Shown here in pieces: positions 46,401 through 49,448 of a DNA stretch of 49,448 nucleotides. The notes below the pieces were generated by a model that did not search any database, was not told the origin of the DNA, and saw nothing but the letters and a program-made list of their open reading frames with translations. Source of the DNA: Chloroflexota bacterium (lineage in GTDB: Bacteria > Chloroflexota > Chloroflexia > QHBQ01). The stretch is from positions 1-49,448 of the forward strand of contig JAYUUN010000037.1 of the NCBI GenBank assembly GCA_043754535.1, given 5' to 3'. Position 1 is the first letter of the stretch. Each line of letters opens with the position of its first letter. The position numbers were made by a program, and so were the translations under genes.

Positions 46401-47186
46401 TCAGCCCCCAGGGCTAGCCCCTTCACTTGTTACCCTGACCAGATTAACCGCCCCGTGGCAGGCGGAGACGGTGGCGATCAGGTGACGGCTTTGCCCGCAG
46501 TGGGCGGCAGCGGCGATGCGGTCGCGGGCGGCCAGGTAGTCTAGCACAGGGATCGCCTCGACCCCAGGGGCGCAGAAGTGACACTGGAAGATTTCCACTG
46601 CGCCGAAGGGGTCGCCCGCCCGCGCCTGCGCCGCTGCGAACTGCTGCACCGTCTCGCGCATCTCCCAGAAGCGGGGCTTGAGCAGCGCAGGGCAGACAGC
46701 GGGAGCGCGGCAGTTTGGCACACAGATGAAGTCGGCCCAACTGATGAAGCCCGTCCCCTCCTTGCCAGGGAACTCGTAAGGCAGTCCAATCTTGTAGTCG
46801 AACGGCTCGCTGACTACGCGCAATCCCCCCCGCGCCAAACTCCAGTTTAGCCACTCGAAGGCAAGGTGCGGGGCGATGGGGGCAGGTACGATCTCGTCGC
46901 GCTCGTCCATGCCATCTAGTGCGCCCTTCATATACTCGAACCAGTCGGCGGCCACGTACTGGATCGCCGCTTCGTCGGGCAGTTCGTGGCGCACACGGCA
47001 ATCCGCTCCATGCCGATCCACAACGGTGATCCGCTCGAAGTCTATGTAGCCCTTGCGTCGTCCGCGCAGCAAAGCCTGTGTATGCACGAGGCCATAGCAG
47101 CCACCGCCAATCACGACGTAGTGGCGCAGCGGCGGGGCAGCCTTGCGCCTGATTGTAGCCAGTTCAGTGGGCATCACGTTCTGCAT
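46401..47186 (-). CDS. conserved hypothetical protein with Rossmann-like GxGxxG and Cys/His motifs
   Basis: VVIGGGCYG, PAPIAPHLAFEW, CVPNCRAPAVCP, TVSACHG; TGGTATCAT 8 nt upstream of the ATG. Confidence 0.75.
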   Translation of the reverse strand: MQNVMPTELATIRRKAAPPLRHYVVIGGGCYGLVHTQALLRGRRKGYIDFERITVVDRHGADCRVRHELPDEAAIQYVAADWFEYMKGALDGMDERDEIVPAPIAPHLAFEWLNWSLARGGLRVVSEPFDYKIGLPYEFPGKEGTGFISWADFICVPNCRAPAVCPALLKPRFWEMRETVQQFAAAQARAGDPFGAVEIFQCHFCAPGVEAIPVLDYLAARDRIAAAAHCGQSRHLIATVSACHGAVNLVRVTSEGASPGG

Positions 47187-47409
47187 TGCCCTCTATGATA
47201 CCAGACTTAGTAGAAAGAGGGAAGGGGATTAGCCGAGATCAGCAGGCTTTTCTGCAAAACTGAGTCGGTTTAGGCAACAAGCACACCTGACTTAGCTGGA
47301 CGAAAGCAGCGAGCTGGAACTGCGTTTGTCCAAACCTCCACTTGTAGCAGGCCTGAGCGAGGAGTAAAACCGCGTTGCCAGCCACCAGCCCGTCTGCTAT
47401 AATTGGGTC

Positions 47410-48834
47410 ATGAACTACGACGATGCCCTACGCTACCTCTACAGCTTCGCCAACTACGAGCGGGTGATGCCCTCCACCTACACAGCCACTAGCTTCAGTC
47501 TAGACAAGGCGCGTGGGCTAATGAGCCTGCTGGGCCACCCAGAGCGCGGCTTTGCCAGCATCCACGTGGCGGGAACGAAGGGCAAGGGCAGCACAGCCCG
47601 CGCCACCCAGCAGATACTGGCAGCGGCAGGCTACCGCGTCGGCCTCTATAGTTCTCCGCACCTGCACAGCTTCCGCGAGCGCATTCGCATCAACGACAAG
47701 CTGATCGCCGCGGACGATCTGGCCGCTATCGTCAGCGAGTTCCCAGCCCTGGTCGCCGACTTCGAGCGCAGCTACAGCACACTTGGCCCACCCAGCACCT
47801 TTGAGTTGGCGACTGCTCTCGCCTTCCTCTACTTTACCCGTCAGCAGGTAGACTGGGCGGTGATCGAGGTCGGGGTGGGTGGCAGGTTGGACACCACCAA
47901 TGTAATCCAGCCTGCCCTCGCGGTGATCACCAGCATCAGCATAGACCACGTAAAGCTGCTAGGCGACACGATCCCGCTGATCGCGGCTGAGAAGGCGGGG
48001 ATCATCAAGCGAGGCGTGCCAGTGATCAGTAGTCCGCAGGTGGCAGAGGCGGCAGCGGTGATCCAGGCGAAGGCGAAAGCAGAGCGTGCGCCGCTAGCCC
48101 TGGTTGGGCGGCAGCTACAGATCGAGGAGGGTAGTGTGGCCTTGCAACGGGTTGAGGGCAGGCGAGTGCCTGTCGGCCAGCAGTTCAGGCTAGAGTTCCG
48201 TCATAACTTCCCCCGCCAGCACGCCGAGCTTCAACCGCTGGCAGTGACGATCCCGCTACTGGGGGCGCACCAGCGCGAGAACGTGGCTACCGCTGTCGGT
48301 GCAGCGATGCTCCTGACGCGGGCTGGCGTGCGCCTCTACTTCAAGGATGTGCAGGCTGGCCTGGCTGCCCTCGACTGGCCTGGTCGCCTGGAAGTACTGC
48401 GCGACGAGCCGGGTGCGCCACTGCTGATCTGCGACGGCGCACACAATGGCGACTCGGCCCGTCGCCTGGCGGAGACGATCAGCGACCAACAGCTCTACCC
48501 CCACCGAAAGCTACTGCTGGTTGTCGGCACAGTTGAGCCACACCCAGCGGACGAGATCATTGCTGCCCTTGCGCCCGCCGCCGACGTGGTGATCATCGCT
48601 CGCGCCAACCATCCCCGCGCCAGCGACCCTGCCCGCCTGCTAGCTGCTGCCGAAGCCTACGGTCAGCCGCAGGCTAGCCGACTGATCGGGGGCAGCGTGG
48701 CCCAGTCGCTTGCCCTCGCCGAGCGGCAAGCGGGGGCAGACGACCTGATCTGCTGCACCGGCTCGCTGTTCGTGGTCGCCGATGCGCGAGAGGCAATGGG
48801 CCTGGCTGGGGCGGTGGATGCAGTACGGGCATAG
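47410..48834 (+). CDS. folC: folylpolyglutamate synthase / dihydrofolate synthase
   Basis: IHVAGTKGKGST, YSSPHLHSFRERIRIN, EVGVGGRLDTTNV, EKAGIIK, WPGRLE, DGAHN, TGSLFVV. Confidence 0.97.
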   Translation: MNYDDALRYLYSFANYERVMPSTYTATSFSLDKARGLMSLLGHPERGFASIHVAGTKGKGSTARATQQILAAAGYRVGLYSSPHLHSFRERIRINDKLIAADDLAAIVSEFPALVADFERSYSTLGPPSTFELATALAFLYFTRQQVDWAVIEVGVGGRLDTTNVIQPALAVITSISIDHVKLLGDTIPLIAAEKAGIIKRGVPVISSPQVAEAAAVIQAKAKAERAPLALVGRQLQIEEGSVALQRVEGRRVPVGQQFRLEFRHNFPRQHAELQPLAVTIPLLGAHQRENVATAVGAAMLLTRAGVRLYFKDVQAGLAALDWPGRLEVLRDEPGAPLLICDGAHNGDSARRLAETISDQQLYPHRKLLLVVGTVEPHPADEIIAALAPAADVVIIARANHPRASDPARLLAAAEAYGQPQASRLIGGSVAQSLALAERQAGADDLICCTGSLFVVADAREAMGLAGAVDAVRA

Positions 48835-48946
48835 GCGACACTGCTGCTGGTGGCCTACCCTCCAGCTAGAGGGTGTGGTAGAATAGAGCGTGATAGGGCA
48901 GCTGAGGTGCTATGAGTAGATTTCTAACTAGAAAGACTGGCTAACC

Positions 48947-49448
48947 TTGAACTGTCCCCATTGCGGCAGCCGCAACCGCAGCGATGCCAGCTTCTGCCTG
49001 GAATGTGGCGAGAGCCTCAATGTCGGTAATGCCACCCCCTTTGAGCGGGCGATCAGTGGGCAGGCGGACGCACTAACTACCAGCCCAGCCGCCCTGCCCC
49101 CACCGACTGGCGATTGGCGCGCCCGCTTCGACCCACGCCGTTGGCCGCTGGAGGCACGCCTGCTGCTGCTCGTTGTCCTGGTCGCCGTCGCCTTCGACCT
49201 CTATTCCGAGGCGCAGAGCCGCAGCGATGTTGCACACTATCACACCGCCGAGGCCGCTATCCGCCAGCAGCAATGGCACCGGGCCGCCGATAGCCTACGC
49301 CCCCTGCTTGGTAAGCACTACCTGCTGGCCGACAGCAAGTTCGCCGAGGTCAACAAGCTGGTGCTGGCCTTCGACGAGGCGTACAAGGCTGGCGAAGATG
49401 CGGAGCGGCGGGCGCAGCAGTGGCAGGCCGCCTTCTACTTCGGGCGGG
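48947..49448 (+). CDS. zinc-ribbon + TM + TPR-like protein, truncated by the window end
   Basis: TTG start; MNCPHCGSRNRSDASFCLECGESL, hydrophobic LLLLVVLVAVAF, helical segment; no stop before the window end; promoter TGGTAGAAT at 48876-48884. Confidence 0.8.
   Translation, partial: MNCPHCGSRNRSDASFCLECGESLNVGNATPFERAISGQADALTTSPAALPPPTGDWRARFDPRRWPLEARLLLLVVLVAVAFDLYSEAQSRSDVAHYHTAEAAIRQQQWHRAADSLRPLLGKHYLLADSKFAEVNKLVLAFDEAYKAGEDAERRAQQWQAAFYFGR

Noticed and set aside
47286..47312. Hammerhead ribozyme (CTGA...GGACGAAA)
   Set aside because: No CUGANGA core and no stem II pairing with GGAC.

Overview
GC-rich bacterial chromosomal window, most likely from a Chloroflexota genome (inferred from gene families and protein style, not from a database search). 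It opens with the translation/transcription cluster nusA-ylxR-infB-rbfA, which has no rimP in front, followed by an oppositely oriented Gly-rich double zinc-ribbon gene and truB. An accessory stretch of about 21 kb follows: a MOSC protein, a transposase remnant, a ~2980-aa cyclic beta-1,2-glucan synthase, a BldC-like HTH protein, a DUF6909-like protein, an epoxide hydrolase-like enzyme, an orphan OppA-like lipoprotein, a GNAT, a PQQ-like beta-propeller and a GbsR/MarR-regulated ABC exporter. Next come ribF, a Cys-motif/TM/SH3b protein, an EamA transporter and an internally deleted P450. A minus-strand operon encodes a four-subunit 2-oxoacid:ferredoxin oxidoreductase, an ABC-type ATPase plus DUF4276/TOPRIM-like pair and an acyl-CoA dehydrogenase. 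The window ends with an unannotated 58-aa membrane protein, a LolA-like lipoprotein, a YcaQ-type glycosylase, pyrR-pyrB with a PyrR leader, a pseudokinase-TM-pseudopeptidase fusion, a Rossmann/Cys-rich hypothetical, folC and a truncated zinc-ribbon membrane protein. No tRNA, rRNA or CRISPR array was seen. The strongest leads are the doubly dead receptor-like pseudoenzyme, a terminator-containing structured leader upstream of the oxidoreductase operon, a PARIS-like ATPase/TOPRIM pair embedded in a metabolic operon, a transposase-C-terminal-like domain fused to NusA, a possible non-contiguous operon for truB and frequent leaderless genes. All family assignments come from motif recognition by eye.
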